This document shows, piece by piece, positions 55,516 through 64,000 of a stretch of DNA of 64,000 bases. The notes under the pieces are model-generated. The model did not search any database. It was not told where the DNA came from and saw only the letters and a program-made list of their open reading frames with translations. The stretch covers positions 32,001-96,000 of the forward strand of contig BTUM01000019.1 in assembly GCA_045863235.1 (NCBI GenBank), written 5' to 3'. The DNA comes from Candidatus Xenobia bacterium. Its GTDB lineage: Bacteria; Vulcanimicrobiota; Xenobia; Xenobiales; QWHO01. A program made the position numbers and the translations under genes. Position 1 is the first letter of the stretch; each line of letters opens with the position of its first letter.

Positions 55516-55926
55516 ATGAGGCAAAGCGAGTTCATCTCAGCTGACTCGGCCCGCCAGCAAGGTCTGCTCGAACGAGCCGGCCCCCCTCCGCCCGGGTTTC
55601 GAGCGGTGCTGGACAACAGTCTGGCCTACTGGGAGCTCCGGCGCCTGGCCTACAACCTGGTGTTGACCGCTATCGTGCTGGGGGTCGACCTGCTTGGGAC
55701 ACCCGCCCGAGGGGAACTGCTCCGCTTCCAGTTGCTGCCGCTGGTTCTGCTGGCCGTCCTGGCGAACCTGTGCTACTCCACAGCCTATCTCCCCGACCTG
55801 GTGCTGCAGTACTCGTCCTATCGACCCCTCTGGCTGCGAGTCCGCCCTCTCCTGTTCAGCTTCGGACTGATTCTGGCCGGGGTGCTGGCCTTCAATTTAG
55901 CCACCGCAATGGTGCTCAGCAACTGA
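55516..55926 (+). CDS. Hypothetical membrane protein (3 TM)
   Basis: YWE.RRL.YNL.L and ANLCYS.AY motifs with hydrophobic helices. Confidence 0.7.
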   Translation: MRQSEFISADSARQQGLLERAGPPPPGFRAVLDNSLAYWELRRLAYNLVLTAIVLGVDLLGTPARGELLRFQLLPLVLLAVLANLCYSTAYLPDLVLQYSSYRPLWLRVRPLLFSFGLILAGVLAFNLATAMVLSN

Positions 55927-56002
55927 GAGCGGCCCCGACCTCTCAGCGAAGCGCAGAGAACTTGTTCTGAGCGGCCCCAGGGCCCGACCTCCGCGCGCAG
56001 CT

Positions 56003-56500
56003 CTACATTTCAGAGGATTCCTCGGGACGGCTCACCTGGAGAACGGCCCTGCGCGCCAGGGAGGGGCCGAAACCACGCTGGAGCAGGAAGCGCATAACCT
56101 GCTCGGCGCTCTTGCCCCGCGCCAGACGACCCCGAGCAAGCTCCCAGGCCTGCTCGAAGTCGTCTTCCTCGGTGACCTGAAAGGCCAGCTCCCGCTCCAC
56201 GCCCCGCTGTCGCAGCTCGGCCAGAATGCGCTCGCGACCCAGGCCGCGTCGTCGGCGCGAGCGAGCGAATGACTCGGCAAAGCGCCGTTCGTCCAGATAG
56301 CCGGCCTGCTGCAACTCGTCGAGCAGGGGGGCATCGAGCTCGAGGCCGAGCTTACCGGCCAGCTCGGCCCGTGAATGGTCCCGCTGGGACAAAATGGCGT
56401 AAGCGCGCTCTCGCAGGGACCTGAGCTCGGCTTCGGGAGAACGGACCGCAGCCTCCGAGCGGGCCGGTCGGGCCCACGCGGAGGCTCTGCGGCCGCCCAC
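56003..56500 (-). CDS. recX: Regulatory protein RecX
   Basis: LSQRDHS..EL..KL, GYLDE.RFA, G..RI..ELRQRGV, FL.QRGF; directly after recA. Confidence 0.9.
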   Translation of the reverse strand: MGGRRASAWARPARSEAAVRSPEAELRSLRERAYAILSQRDHSRAELAGKLGLELDAPLLDELQQAGYLDERRFAESFARSRRRRGLGRERILAELRQRGVERELAFQVTEEDDFEQAWELARGRLARGKSAEQVMRFLLQRGFGPSLARRAVLQVSRPEESSEM

Positions 56501-57523
56501 CTAGACCTCGACTTCCACGGCTTCACCGTTGGTGCGGTAGTTGAAGGTCTGCATGCCTCGCACGGTGCGCTCGATCTCGTCGGCCACCTGGGCGTGCTCT
56601 TCCAGGAACGCCCTCGAGTTCTCCTTGCCCTGGCCGAGGCGCACTTCGCCGTACGAGTACCAGGTGCCCGATTTGGAGAGCACGCCGGCCTCGAGACCCA
56701 CGTCGATGAGACTCGACTCACGCGAGATGCCCTTGCCGAACAGGATGTCGAACTCGGCTGAACGGAAGGGTGGGGCCAACTTGTTCTTGACCACCTTGAT
56801 CTTGGCCCGATTGCCGGTCATCTCGCCGTTCTGCTTGATGGTATCCATGCGGCGCACGTCGATCCGCACCGAGGAGTAGAACTTGAGCGCCCGGCCACCT
56901 GGCGTGGTCTCGGGGCTGCCGAACATGACTCCGATCTTCTCGCGAATCTGGTTGATGAAGATCACGGCAGTCTTGGTCTTGGAAATGGTGCCGGTCAGCT
57001 TGCGCAGAGCCTGCGACATCAGACGGGCCTGCAGGCCCACGTGGGAGTCGCCCATCTCGCCTTCGATCTCAGCCTTGGGCACCATGGCCGCCACCGAATC
57101 GACCACCACCACGTCCACCGCGTTGGAGCGAACAAGCGTCTCGACGATCTCCAGGCCTTGCTCGCCGGTATCAGGCTGGGCCACGTAGAGATTGTCGAGA
57201 TCGACCCCGAGGTTACGAGCGTAATGCGGGTCGAGGGCGTGCTCGACGTCGATAAAGGCAGCGATTCCACCCAGTTTTTGGGCTTCGCCCACCACCTGCA
57301 GGGCCAGGGTGGTCTTGCCCGACGACTCGGGGCCGAAAATCTCGGTCACCCGACCGCGAGGGATGCCTCCGATACCCAGGGCCACATCGATGGCCAGAGA
57401 GCCTGTGGGGATGGCCGGCACCTCATAGCGCGCCGAAGCATCACCCAGTTTCATGATGGAGCCTTTTCCAAACTGTCGCTCGATCTGCGACAGGGCCATG
57501 TCCAGAGCTTTTGCTTTATCCAT
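56501..57523 (-). CDS. recA: Recombinase A
   Basis: [47 protein letters not shown]. Confidence 0.99.
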   Translation of the reverse strand: MDKAKALDMALSQIERQFGKGSIMKLGDASARYEVPAIPTGSLAIDVALGIGGIPRGRVTEIFGPESSGKTTLALQVVGEAQKLGGIAAFIDVEHALDPHYARNLGVDLDNLYVAQPDTGEQGLEIVETLVRSNAVDVVVVDSVAAMVPKAEIEGEMGDSHVGLQARLMSQALRKLTGTISKTKTAVIFINQIREKIGVMFGSPETTPGGRALKFYSSVRIDVRRMDTIKQNGEMTGNRAKIKVVKNKLAPPFRSAEFDILFGKGISRESSLIDVGLEAGVLSKSGTWYSYGEVRLGQGKENSRAFLEEHAQVADEIERTVRGMQTFNYRTNGEAVEVEV

Positions 57524-57610
57524 TGCAGTTGCACCTCATCTGTTGTCCCGGTGCGACCGGGCTTTGCCAGCGCGCGCGACCCTGAAACTTTGCGCGCTCC
57601 GTGCGACGGA

Positions 57611-58201
57611 TCAACCTTTGAAAGGGAACCTGGCCACCGGCGTATAGACCGGTCCGCCCGGTCGCAAGTGGCTCTGCATCAGAACCGCCTCCGCGATCCG
57701 AGACCGGGCGCCACTTGCCACGGTCAGCTCACCCAGCGTCTTTTGCAACATCTCGTCGCGACGCGGAGTGCGCCGCCTTCCCAGCGTGACGTGGGCCGCG
57801 AATGGCCGCTCCTCGCGAGCCACCCCCAACCCTTCCAACTCATCCTCGACACGCCCCGCCAGTTGCACCAGCGGGCGCTCAGGAGCCAGCCCCACCCAAA
57901 CCACACGGGCCCGGGAAGGAGAGGGAAACGCGCCGACCCGGCTCAACTCGACCTCGAAAGGCTCCATCCCGCTCACGGCCCGGGCCAGAGCCTGCCGGAT
58001 CGACTCGATGCGCTCGTCGGGGGTGGCCCCCAGAAACTTCAGGGTGAGATGGAAATTTTCAGGCCGAACCCAATTGACATCTGCGGCTACCGCCCGAAGA
58101 AGAGATTGAATCTCTTCCACCTGACGAGCAACCGAAGCCAACTCGACGGCAACGAACAAACGCTGTTGACTCGCGTTGCAACACCTCTTTGCGCCCGTCA
58201 A
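57611..58201 (-). CDS. thpR: RNA 2',3'-cyclic phosphodiesterase (2H phosphoesterase)
   Basis: RLFVAV, HLTLKFLG, GAFP, RVVWVG, F.AHVTL.R, S.L...GP.Y; start uncertain (TTG at 58201 assumed). Confidence 0.92.
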   Translation of the reverse strand: MTGAKRCCNASQQRLFVAVELASVARQVEEIQSLLRAVAADVNWVRPENFHLTLKFLGATPDERIESIRQALARAVSGMEPFEVELSRVGAFPSPSRARVVWVGLAPERPLVQLAGRVEDELEGLGVAREERPFAAHVTLGRRRTPRRDEMLQKTLGELTVASGARSRIAEAVLMQSHLRPGGPVYTPVARFPFKG

Positions 58202-58289
58202 AGCCGGGCCTGAGGTTGAATTTCGTTCTTGCCCCCGGGGATCCTCCCGAACACCGTACAAACATAGCGAAACTTTCTCGATCATGAGG

Positions 58290-58325
58290 GAAGGCGCCGG
58301 TTCCCCCCTGGGGGCCGGCGCCTTC
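58290..58325. terminator. GC-rich hairpin downstream of the aaRS-like gene (probable terminator)
   Basis: GAAGGCGCCGG...CCGGCGCCTTC perfect 11-bp inverted repeat; no clear poly-U tail. Confidence 0.5.
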
Positions 58326-58397
58326 TAAACTGGACCTTACCCATTCAGTTTAACTCGCTCCGAGAGAAAAGTCGGTGATCCAGTTCACGGAAACTCC

Positions 58398-59402
58398 TCA
58401 GAAAAACTGCGCCAACCGATCGACGCCGATGCCGCTGGCCAGGACCCACTCGGACCGATCCGCAAGCAAACGCCCGGTCCAGTCCAATCGCCCTCCATCG
58501 ACCAGGTGCAACAGTGGTCCAGCGGCCCGAGCTGCAAGAATGCGCAACATTGGACCCGAGTAGTAAGATAGACCTTCGCAGCGTCCCAGGTCGATGACCA
58601 GTTCCAGGGCAGGAAACTCTCTTTCCAGGGGCCCCAGAACCTCCGACTCGAGTCGAGCATCCAGGCCCCGGCCGCGAGGCAGAACGACCCCTCGCTCGGC
58701 CAGGTAGGCGGCCGAGGACGCCGGGTCGTGAGCCCTGAACTGACCCTGCACCTCGACCCCCTGCTCAGCCAGCAGGCGCAGCACCCGACGGCTATCACTG
58801 ACCTCCAGCACCACCCGCTCGGCGCGGGGTGCGAGGACTCTCAGGTAAATCGACGCGTGCTCGCGCAGCGCCTCGAGGATGCTTCCGCCTCGACTGGCCG
58901 TGACGGCGGCAAAGAGCTGAAAGTGAGGCAACCAGGAGGGGTCCGGCAGCGGCTGCATACGGATCACGCGCTGACTGGCACACAACCGGACCGGCTTTGA
59001 ACGCGAGTGACGTCGGCGCCGGGCCGCTTCGAGCGCCAGGGCCAGGCTGGGGTCACCTGCCACCTCGAGCCCCCGAACAGCGCTCAGGACGTTGTTCTGG
59101 TGAATGCCACCCAGGGTTCGGGTGGCCCCAAACGGCAGGGCCGGACCCAGGCCCAGCGCCTCGAAAGGCTCAGCCGCTTCCAGCAAGGCCCCTTCAGCGG
59201 CATGCAAGCGCCGGGCGTCCAGGCCCAGGACGCGACTGGCCTGTTTTTCCTCAAAACGGCGCAGCAGCTCGACCGGCTGGCCGTCTCGAGCACGCTGATC
59301 GAATACCGCCAGCATCAGCGAATCAAAGTCGCTGGCCGGAAGTCGGGTCAGGGCATCGACCAGAGGACGACCCTCCAGACGACGCAGAATGCGCTCGAGA
59401 AT
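58398..59402 (-). CDS. Class II aminoacyl-tRNA-synthetase-like catalytic-domain protein (no anticodon domain); first ATG at 59315, frame open to 59402
   Basis: Motif-2-like QRVIRMQ..PHFQLF, YY.G, DGG..DW, motif-3-like SGIGVDRL. Confidence 0.65.
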   Translation of the reverse strand: MLERILRRLEGRPLVDALTRLPASDFDSLMLAVFDQRARDGQPVELLRRFEEKQASRVLGLDARRLHAAEGALLEAAEPFEALGLGPALPFGATRTLGGIHQNNVLSAVRGLEVAGDPSLALALEAARRRRHSRSKPVRLCASQRVIRMQPLPDPSWLPHFQLFAAVTASRGGSILEALREHASIYLRVLAPRAERVVLEVSDSRRVLRLLAEQGVEVQGQFRAHDPASSAAYLAERGVVLPRGRGLDARLESEVLGPLEREFPALELVIDLGRCEGLSYYSGPMLRILAARAAGPLLHLVDGGRLDWTGRLLADRSEWVLASGIGVDRLAQFF

Positions 59403-59786
59403 CTACTTTTTCTTGCCGTTGCCGGCCGCAGCCTGGACTTCGGCCAGCGAAAGCTTGACGTGACGGAGTTGGTCCAGGATCACGTTGAGCTGGGTCGAGG
59501 TCAGGAAAGGCACCTGATTCATCGGCTCGGGACGAGCATCCTCGGCCTGGACGGTGGGCGGCTCGCCCCCCGTCTCATCGAAGAACACCTGACAGCGCAG
59601 TACGCGCGTGGCCAGCTTGTAGATCAGGCTCACGTCTTCGTAGGGATTGTTCGGGAAGTCGCGCCCCCACGACTCCATCACGTGCATGGTCAGCTCTTCC
59701 AGGGACATCGGCTTTTGCTGCTTCTCGAGCACCCGGCGGATGACTTCCACGATTGGTGTGGTCTTGCCCACGTCTTTCAACGACAT
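59403..59786 (-). CDS. Small HTH protein (HARE-HTH / RNAP delta N-terminal-like)
   Basis: GGAGG SD; IVEVIRRVLEKQQKPMSLEELT..V resembles helices 1-2 of HARE-HTH. Confidence 0.6.
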   Translation of the reverse strand: MSLKDVGKTTPIVEVIRRVLEKQQKPMSLEELTMHVMESWGRDFPNNPYEDVSLIYKLATRVLRCQVFFDETGGEPPTVQAEDARPEPMNQVPFLTSTQLNVILDQLRHVKLSLAEVQAAAGNGKKK

Positions 59787-59916
59787 ACTTCCTCCGAGTC
59801 GGACCGCCCAACAGATTGTGCCGGATACCGGCGAGGGCGAAGCCGGCTATTCTGTGCAAACTCGCCTTCCCCTCCCGAAAGGTGGCTCCCCCGACCCCGC
59901 CGAATCGCCCCTGAGT

Positions 59917-60567
59917 ATGTGGGACCTCTCACACATCGACTCCTTCGAGGCTTTGTGCCAGCAGGTTTTGGCCTTCCTGCGCGACGATCTGTCGGCGGAA
60001 CGGTGCCTTTTCCTTTATCAAGAAAAAGAAGCTGATGAGCTGGTGGTGGAAGCTGCCCACGGCATCGAGCCCGAAACCGTCTTCACGACGGCTGAAATCA
60101 GTCAGGAGTTGCTCCGCTCGGTCCGCCACGAGGGCAAGCCGATCATCTTGCTCGATGCCGGCGCCGACCCCCGATTCGGCAATCGAACCAGCGTGGTGCT
60201 CAGCAACTTGCGCTCGATTCTCTGTCTGCCGCTGCGTCATCCTTCCCGGCTGGTGGTGGGCCTGCTCTACGCCGACAACCGCATCAAGGCGGGAGCTTTC
60301 ACCGACAAGCACCTCAAGGTGGCCGAGGAATTCGGTCAGGCACTCGAGCAGAGGCTCTTCGAGATGCGCAAAGCTGGAATCAAGATCGGCCGCGAGATGG
60401 CCGAGACTGCGCTGCCCCCCTCCGCTCCCCAACAGGTGGAGCGCGCCGCCCCCGGGCCTCCCCCGCCGGCGGTCAAGGACGAGGTTCCCACCCTGGCTCA
60501 GAATGCCGGGTTCGTGCCTCCTCCGCCCATGACGGAGGACGAGGATGTCCTTAGAAAGCCTGATTGA
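59917..60567 (+). CDS. Stand-alone GAF domain protein with Pro-rich tail
   Basis: AERC..., DPRF...SV...LRSILCLPL...VGLLYADNR...GAF; similar to the cyclase GAF domain at 34.6 kb. Confidence 0.75.
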   Translation: MWDLSHIDSFEALCQQVLAFLRDDLSAERCLFLYQEKEADELVVEAAHGIEPETVFTTAEISQELLRSVRHEGKPIILLDAGADPRFGNRTSVVLSNLRSILCLPLRHPSRLVVGLLYADNRIKAGAFTDKHLKVAEEFGQALEQRLFEMRKAGIKIGREMAETALPPSAPQQVERAAPGPPPPAVKDEVPTLAQNAGFVPPPPMTEDEDVLRKPD

Positions 60568-62068
60568 TCCGCCTCCCGAGACATTCAACCTGGCCGAATA
60601 CTGCCTGGATGCCCGACTGAGCGAAGGGCTGGGCGATCAGCCCGCCCTCTACGTTTCGGACAAGTGCTACTCCTATCGACAGGTATGCCAGCGCTCCCAC
60701 CAGATGGCCAATCTGTTCCAGAGCCACGGTTTGCAGGCTGAGCAACGGCTCCTACTCAGTCTCAGCGACGGCCTCGACTACGCGGCCTCCCTGTTCGGGG
60801 CCCTCAAGCTGGGGGCGGCGGTGGTGATGCTCAACCCGGGCTTTTCGCCCGAAGAGAACCAGGCCATGGTCGACTACTCCCGGGCGCGACTGGCGGTCGT
60901 GGAGGGCGACCGGCAGGAAAGCTTCGGGGGACGGCTTCCCCTGGTGACCCCCGATCAGGCCGACGCTCAACCCCACGACTTCCAGCCCGAGTATCGCACC
61001 CACCGCGACGACGTGGCCATCTGGCTCTTCTCAGGCGGCACCACCGGAAGACCCAAAGCCGTTCTGCAGAGTCACCGCTCCTTCTACAACACCACCGAGC
61101 TCTACGCCAAGCGCTTCCTGGGGTATCAACGCCAGGACCGCACCCTCTCCGTGCCCAAGCTGTTTTTCGGGTATGCCACCGGCTCCAACCTCATCTTTCC
61201 GTTCTCGGTTGGGGCCAGCGCCGTGCTCTTCCCCGAGAAGTGCACGGCTGACGTCCTGTTCCAACAGATCGCACGTCATCGCCCCACAATCCTGGTGAAT
61301 GTGCCCACGATGGTCAACCACATGGTGAGCCATCCCGAGGCCGCCAACCAGGACCTCAGCTGCCTGCGCCTGGCCACGTCGGCCGGCGAGGCCCTGCCCG
61401 AGGCGCTCTTCCATCGCTGGCGCGAGGTCTTCGGGGTGGAGTTGCTGGACGGACTGGGCACGGCCGAGATGTGGCACATCTTCCTGAGCAATCCGCCCGG
61501 AGCGGCCCGTCCCGGCACGCTGGGCCGCCCCGTGCCGGGCTTCACGGTCAAGGCAGCTGACGACGAGGGCCGCGAGGTTCCAACCGGAGAGGTGGGTCGG
61601 CTCTGGGTTCGAGGGGACTCGCGAGCACTAAGCTATTGGCAGGAGTCCGACAAGAGCCAGGAAGCCCTGCGGGGCCCCTGGTTCGTTTCCAGCGACCTGG
61701 TCAGCCAGGACGAGGATGGGTACTATCGCTACTGCGGTCGGGGGGACGAGTTGCTGAAGGTGGCCGGGCGCTGGCTGGCCCCCCAGGAAGTGGAGAGCTG
61801 CCTGTTGACCCATCCGGCCGTCAAGGAGTGCGCCGTGGTGGGCGTGATCTGCGAGGACGGGCTGATCCGACCTCACGCCTACGTGGTGGCTGAAGGTCCA
61901 ACCGGCCCCGAGCTCGAGCAAACCCTCAAAGACCACGTTCTGGCCGCGCTGGAGCCCTACAAGCACCCTCGGCGGGTGCTGTTCGCGGCCAGCCTCCCCC
62001 GCACTCACCTGGGCAAGGTAGACCGGGGGGCCCTGCGCTCGGGAAGTCTTGAAGTCTGTGGAACCTGA
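60545..62068 (+). CDS. Benzoate/2-aminobenzoate-CoA ligase family
   Basis: WLFSGGTTGRPK, KLFFGY, SAGEALP, DGLGTAEMWHIF, GR.D..LKV.G, LPRT..GK. Confidence 0.9.
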   Translation: MSLESLIDPPPETFNLAEYCLDARLSEGLGDQPALYVSDKCYSYRQVCQRSHQMANLFQSHGLQAEQRLLLSLSDGLDYAASLFGALKLGAAVVMLNPGFSPEENQAMVDYSRARLAVVEGDRQESFGGRLPLVTPDQADAQPHDFQPEYRTHRDDVAIWLFSGGTTGRPKAVLQSHRSFYNTTELYAKRFLGYQRQDRTLSVPKLFFGYATGSNLIFPFSVGASAVLFPEKCTADVLFQQIARHRPTILVNVPTMVNHMVSHPEAANQDLSCLRLATSAGEALPEALFHRWREVFGVELLDGLGTAEMWHIFLSNPPGAARPGTLGRPVPGFTVKAADDEGREVPTGEVGRLWVRGDSRALSYWQESDKSQEALRGPWFVSSDLVSQDEDGYYRYCGRGDELLKVAGRWLAPQEVESCLLTHPAVKECAVVGVICEDGLIRPHAYVVAEGPTGPELEQTLKDHVLAALEPYKHPRRVLFAASLPRTHLGKVDRGALRSGSLEVCGT

Positions 62069-62083
62069 ACAACTGGAGGAGTC

Positions 62084-63445
62084 ATGACGCTCATCGAAAG
62101 CGGCTCGGCCGCGGACGCCGCGGAGATCATCCGCAAGAACAAGGAATACTCGCTCTTTTCCTGGTCGGTCCAGCAGGATGTCAGCCCCATCCCGATGGCC
62201 CGGGCCAGGGGGGTCTACTTCTGGGACGCGGCCGGCAAGCGCTACATCGACTTTTCCTCCCAGCTGATGAACGTCAACATCGGACACGGGCATCCCAAGG
62301 TGATCGAGGCCATCAAGAAGCAGGCCGAGGAGCTGGTCTTCGCCTATCCCGGGATGGCCACCCGCTCGCGCGGGGAGGCGGCCGAGTTGATCGCCTCGAT
62401 CACTCCGGGCACGCTGAAGAAGAGCTTTTTCACCCTGGGTGGGGCCGACGCCATCGAGAATGCCATGAAGATGGCTCGGCTGGTGACCGGGCGCCAGAAG
62501 ATCATCACCCGTTTCCGCAGCTTCCACGGGGGAACGTTCGCGGCCGCCTCGGCCGGAGGCGACCCGCGCCGGCTGGCCTTCGACCCCGGGATGCCCTGGA
62601 TCGTCCGGGTCCCCGAGCCGTACGCCTACCGAAGCCCCCTCTATCGGAACTGCACCCCCGAGGAAGGGGACATGGCGGTGGTGGACATGATGGAGGACAT
62701 CATCGAGATGGAGGGGCCCCAGACCATCGCGGGCATCCTGCTCGAGGGCTACAACGGCTCCAGCGGCCTGATCGCTCCCTCCACGGCTCGCTACTGGCAC
62801 CGCATTCGCGAGCTGTGCGACAAGCACGGCATCTTGCTGATCGCCGACGAGGTGATGAGTGGCTTCGGGCGCACCGGCAAGTGGTTCGGGGTGGACCTGT
62901 ACGGGGTGGTGCCCGACCTGATGGTCATGGCCAAGGGACTGACTTCGGGCTACGTGCCGCTGGGGGCTGTGGTGGCCAGCGAGGCTATCGCCGACCACTT
63001 CGAAAAGAACATGCTCTGGTGCGGCCTGACTTACAGCTCGCATCCGCTGGCCTGCGGAGCGGCAGTAGCCACCATCAAGGTCTATCAGGAAGAGAACCTG
63101 ATCGAGAACGCCGCCGCCATGGGCAAGGTGCTGGAGGCGGGCATGCGCGAGCTGGCCGAGAAACACCCCTGCGTGGGCGACGTGCGGGGTGTCGGGTTGT
63201 TCTGGCTCTTCGAGCTGGTGAAGAACCGCCAGACCCGCGAGCCGATGCAGGGCTGGAACAAGCCCCTCACCGAGCCGATGAAAAAGGTGGCAGCCCGCCT
63301 GCGCGAGCTGGGGATGTTCACCTTCGTGCGCTGGGACTGGGTTTTCTGCGTGCCCCCCCTGTGCATCACCCCCGAGCAGGTCAAGGAAGGCCTGGCCATC
63401 ATCGACGACGCCCTGGGCCTGGCTGACCCCTACGTGGAAGGTTGA
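62084..63445 (+). CDS. Class III PLP-dependent aminotransferase
   Basis: GKRYIDFSSQ, SFHGGT, LIADEVMSGFGRTG, MAKGLTSGY.PL, TYS.HP; GGAGG SD. Confidence 0.92.
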   Translation: MTLIESGSAADAAEIIRKNKEYSLFSWSVQQDVSPIPMARARGVYFWDAAGKRYIDFSSQLMNVNIGHGHPKVIEAIKKQAEELVFAYPGMATRSRGEAAELIASITPGTLKKSFFTLGGADAIENAMKMARLVTGRQKIITRFRSFHGGTFAAASAGGDPRRLAFDPGMPWIVRVPEPYAYRSPLYRNCTPEEGDMAVVDMMEDIIEMEGPQTIAGILLEGYNGSSGLIAPSTARYWHRIRELCDKHGILLIADEVMSGFGRTGKWFGVDLYGVVPDLMVMAKGLTSGYVPLGAVVASEAIADHFEKNMLWCGLTYSSHPLACGAAVATIKVYQEENLIENAAAMGKVLEAGMRELAEKHPCVGDVRGVGLFWLFELVKNRQTREPMQGWNKPLTEPMKKVAARLRELGMFTFVRWDWVFCVPPLCITPEQVKEGLAIIDDALGLADPYVEG

Positions 63446-63819
63446 GCCCCTTTCAGGAGGCTCGCTTCCTGGCCCTCACCACCTTTCGCAAGAACGGACA
63501 GCCGGTCACCACCCCGGTCTGGTTCGTGGAGCGAGAAGGCAAGCTCTACGTGCGCACGGGGGCGCGCTCGGGCAAAGTCAAACGGATCAGGAACCAGACC
63601 CGGGTGCAGGTGGCTCCGGCGTTGCGGCCGGGTCACCTGCTGGCGGAGGCCCGCTCGGGTCAGGCCCGCATCCTGGGCCAGGACGAGCTGGCCGAGGTGA
63701 ATCGGGCGCTGTCCCGACGCTACGGTCTGCAAAAAAAACTGGTCGATTTCGCCCTGCGACTGGGGCGAGTCGAGTCATGTGCCCTTGAAATTGAACTGGA
63801 CGGAGGGCTCGGGGCGTAG
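63442..63819 (+). CDS. PPOX-class (putatively F420-dependent) oxidoreductase
   Basis: LTTFRKNG.PV.TPVW, SGKVKRIRN..RV.VAP, RYG. Confidence 0.85.
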   Translation: MSPFQEARFLALTTFRKNGQPVTTPVWFVEREGKLYVRTGARSGKVKRIRNQTRVQVAPALRPGHLLAEARSGQARILGQDELAEVNRALSRRYGLQKKLVDFALRLGRVESCALEIELDGGLGA

Positions 63820-63839
63820 AAGGCGAAGGGTCGCCCGCC

Positions 63840-64000
63840 ATGACCCTGTCGGTGGAACGTGCCCGTGAGATCATGTCTCGCATTTCGCAGGGAGACAACC
63901 CCGATTCGCGACTCGATGGACTGAAGCCCGACTTCAGCCCTCCGCCGCCGCCTGTACCTCGCTCTTGGGATTGGAGCGAGGAGGCGCGCCAACAACGGGT
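63840..64000 (+). CDS. 5' end of a CDS running off the window; product not determinable
   Basis: ATG at 63840 opens a stop-free frame MTLSVERAREIMSRISQGD...VPRSWDWSEEARQQR. Confidence 0.5.
   Translation, partial: MTLSVERAREIMSRISQGDNPDSRLDGLKPDFSPPPPPVPRSWDWSEEARQQR

Noticed and set aside
55923..56002. Short repeats GAGCGGCCCC and CCCGACCTC (two each) with hairpins
   Set aside because: Only two short units with no regular spacers, so not CRISPR; most likely terminator structure between convergent genes.
56500..56503. In-frame TAG-GTG junction suggesting a RecA-RecX readthrough fusion
   Set aside because: RecA is full length and recX has a canonical GTG start; ordinary translational coupling explains it.
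63442..63819. F420 metabolism implied by the PPOX-class gene
   Set aside because: No F420 biosynthesis genes in the window, and this family also occurs in organisms lacking F420.
63840..64000. Possible HMG-CoA reductase N-terminus
   Set aside because: Only about 53 codons are visible and no catalytic motif; cannot be supported.

Overview
GC-rich, gene-dense chromosomal window from a diderm bacterium with about 65 CDS. It looks Terrabacteria-like, possibly Candidatus Eremiobacterota/WPS-2; that is an inference from gene content and protein styles and was not verified by search. No rRNA, tRNA, CRISPR array, transposase or prophage was seen. (1) 1-16.7 kb is a minus-strand outer-membrane/lipid A supercluster: bamA, four skp/ompH paralogues, lpxD, a 602-aa unknown, lpxC, fabZ, a GnnA-like oxidoreductase, lpxA, lpxB, a second LpxB-like glycosyltransferase, an ICMT/LmtA-like methyltransferase, a membrane protein, a cytoplasmic calcineurin-like phosphoesterase and a third LpxB-related gene. 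A BamB-like propeller gene is transcribed divergently from it. (2) 18-32 kb holds housekeeping and accessory genes (M20 peptidase, LytTR, fabI, pta, ferredoxin, osmoprotectant ABC transporter, SLT, S46 peptidase, NrtR, NPCBM, TPR) and an unexplained ~135-nt structured intergenic element. (3) 32-43 kb has a secD-secF-GAF/cyclase-Ser/Thr kinase-pilC operon and a REC-HD-GYP-TPR-BTAD regulator operon. (4) 43-52 kb and 60-63 kb hold an abm-like aminobenzoyl/aryl-CoA catabolic set with a split monooxygenase/reductase. (5) 56-60 kb has thpR-recA-recX and a class II aaRS-like protein whose reading frame runs, with no canonical start codon, straight back to the in-frame amber stop of an HTH gene. The best leads are a non-canonical lipid A pathway (diamino-sugar backbone, phosphate methylation, a candidate LpxH replacement), the amber/ATT junction of the aaRS-like gene, the structured RNA candidate, and a small stop-codon-associated palindromic repeat family. 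All protein calls come from motifs recognised by eye; no database searches were run.
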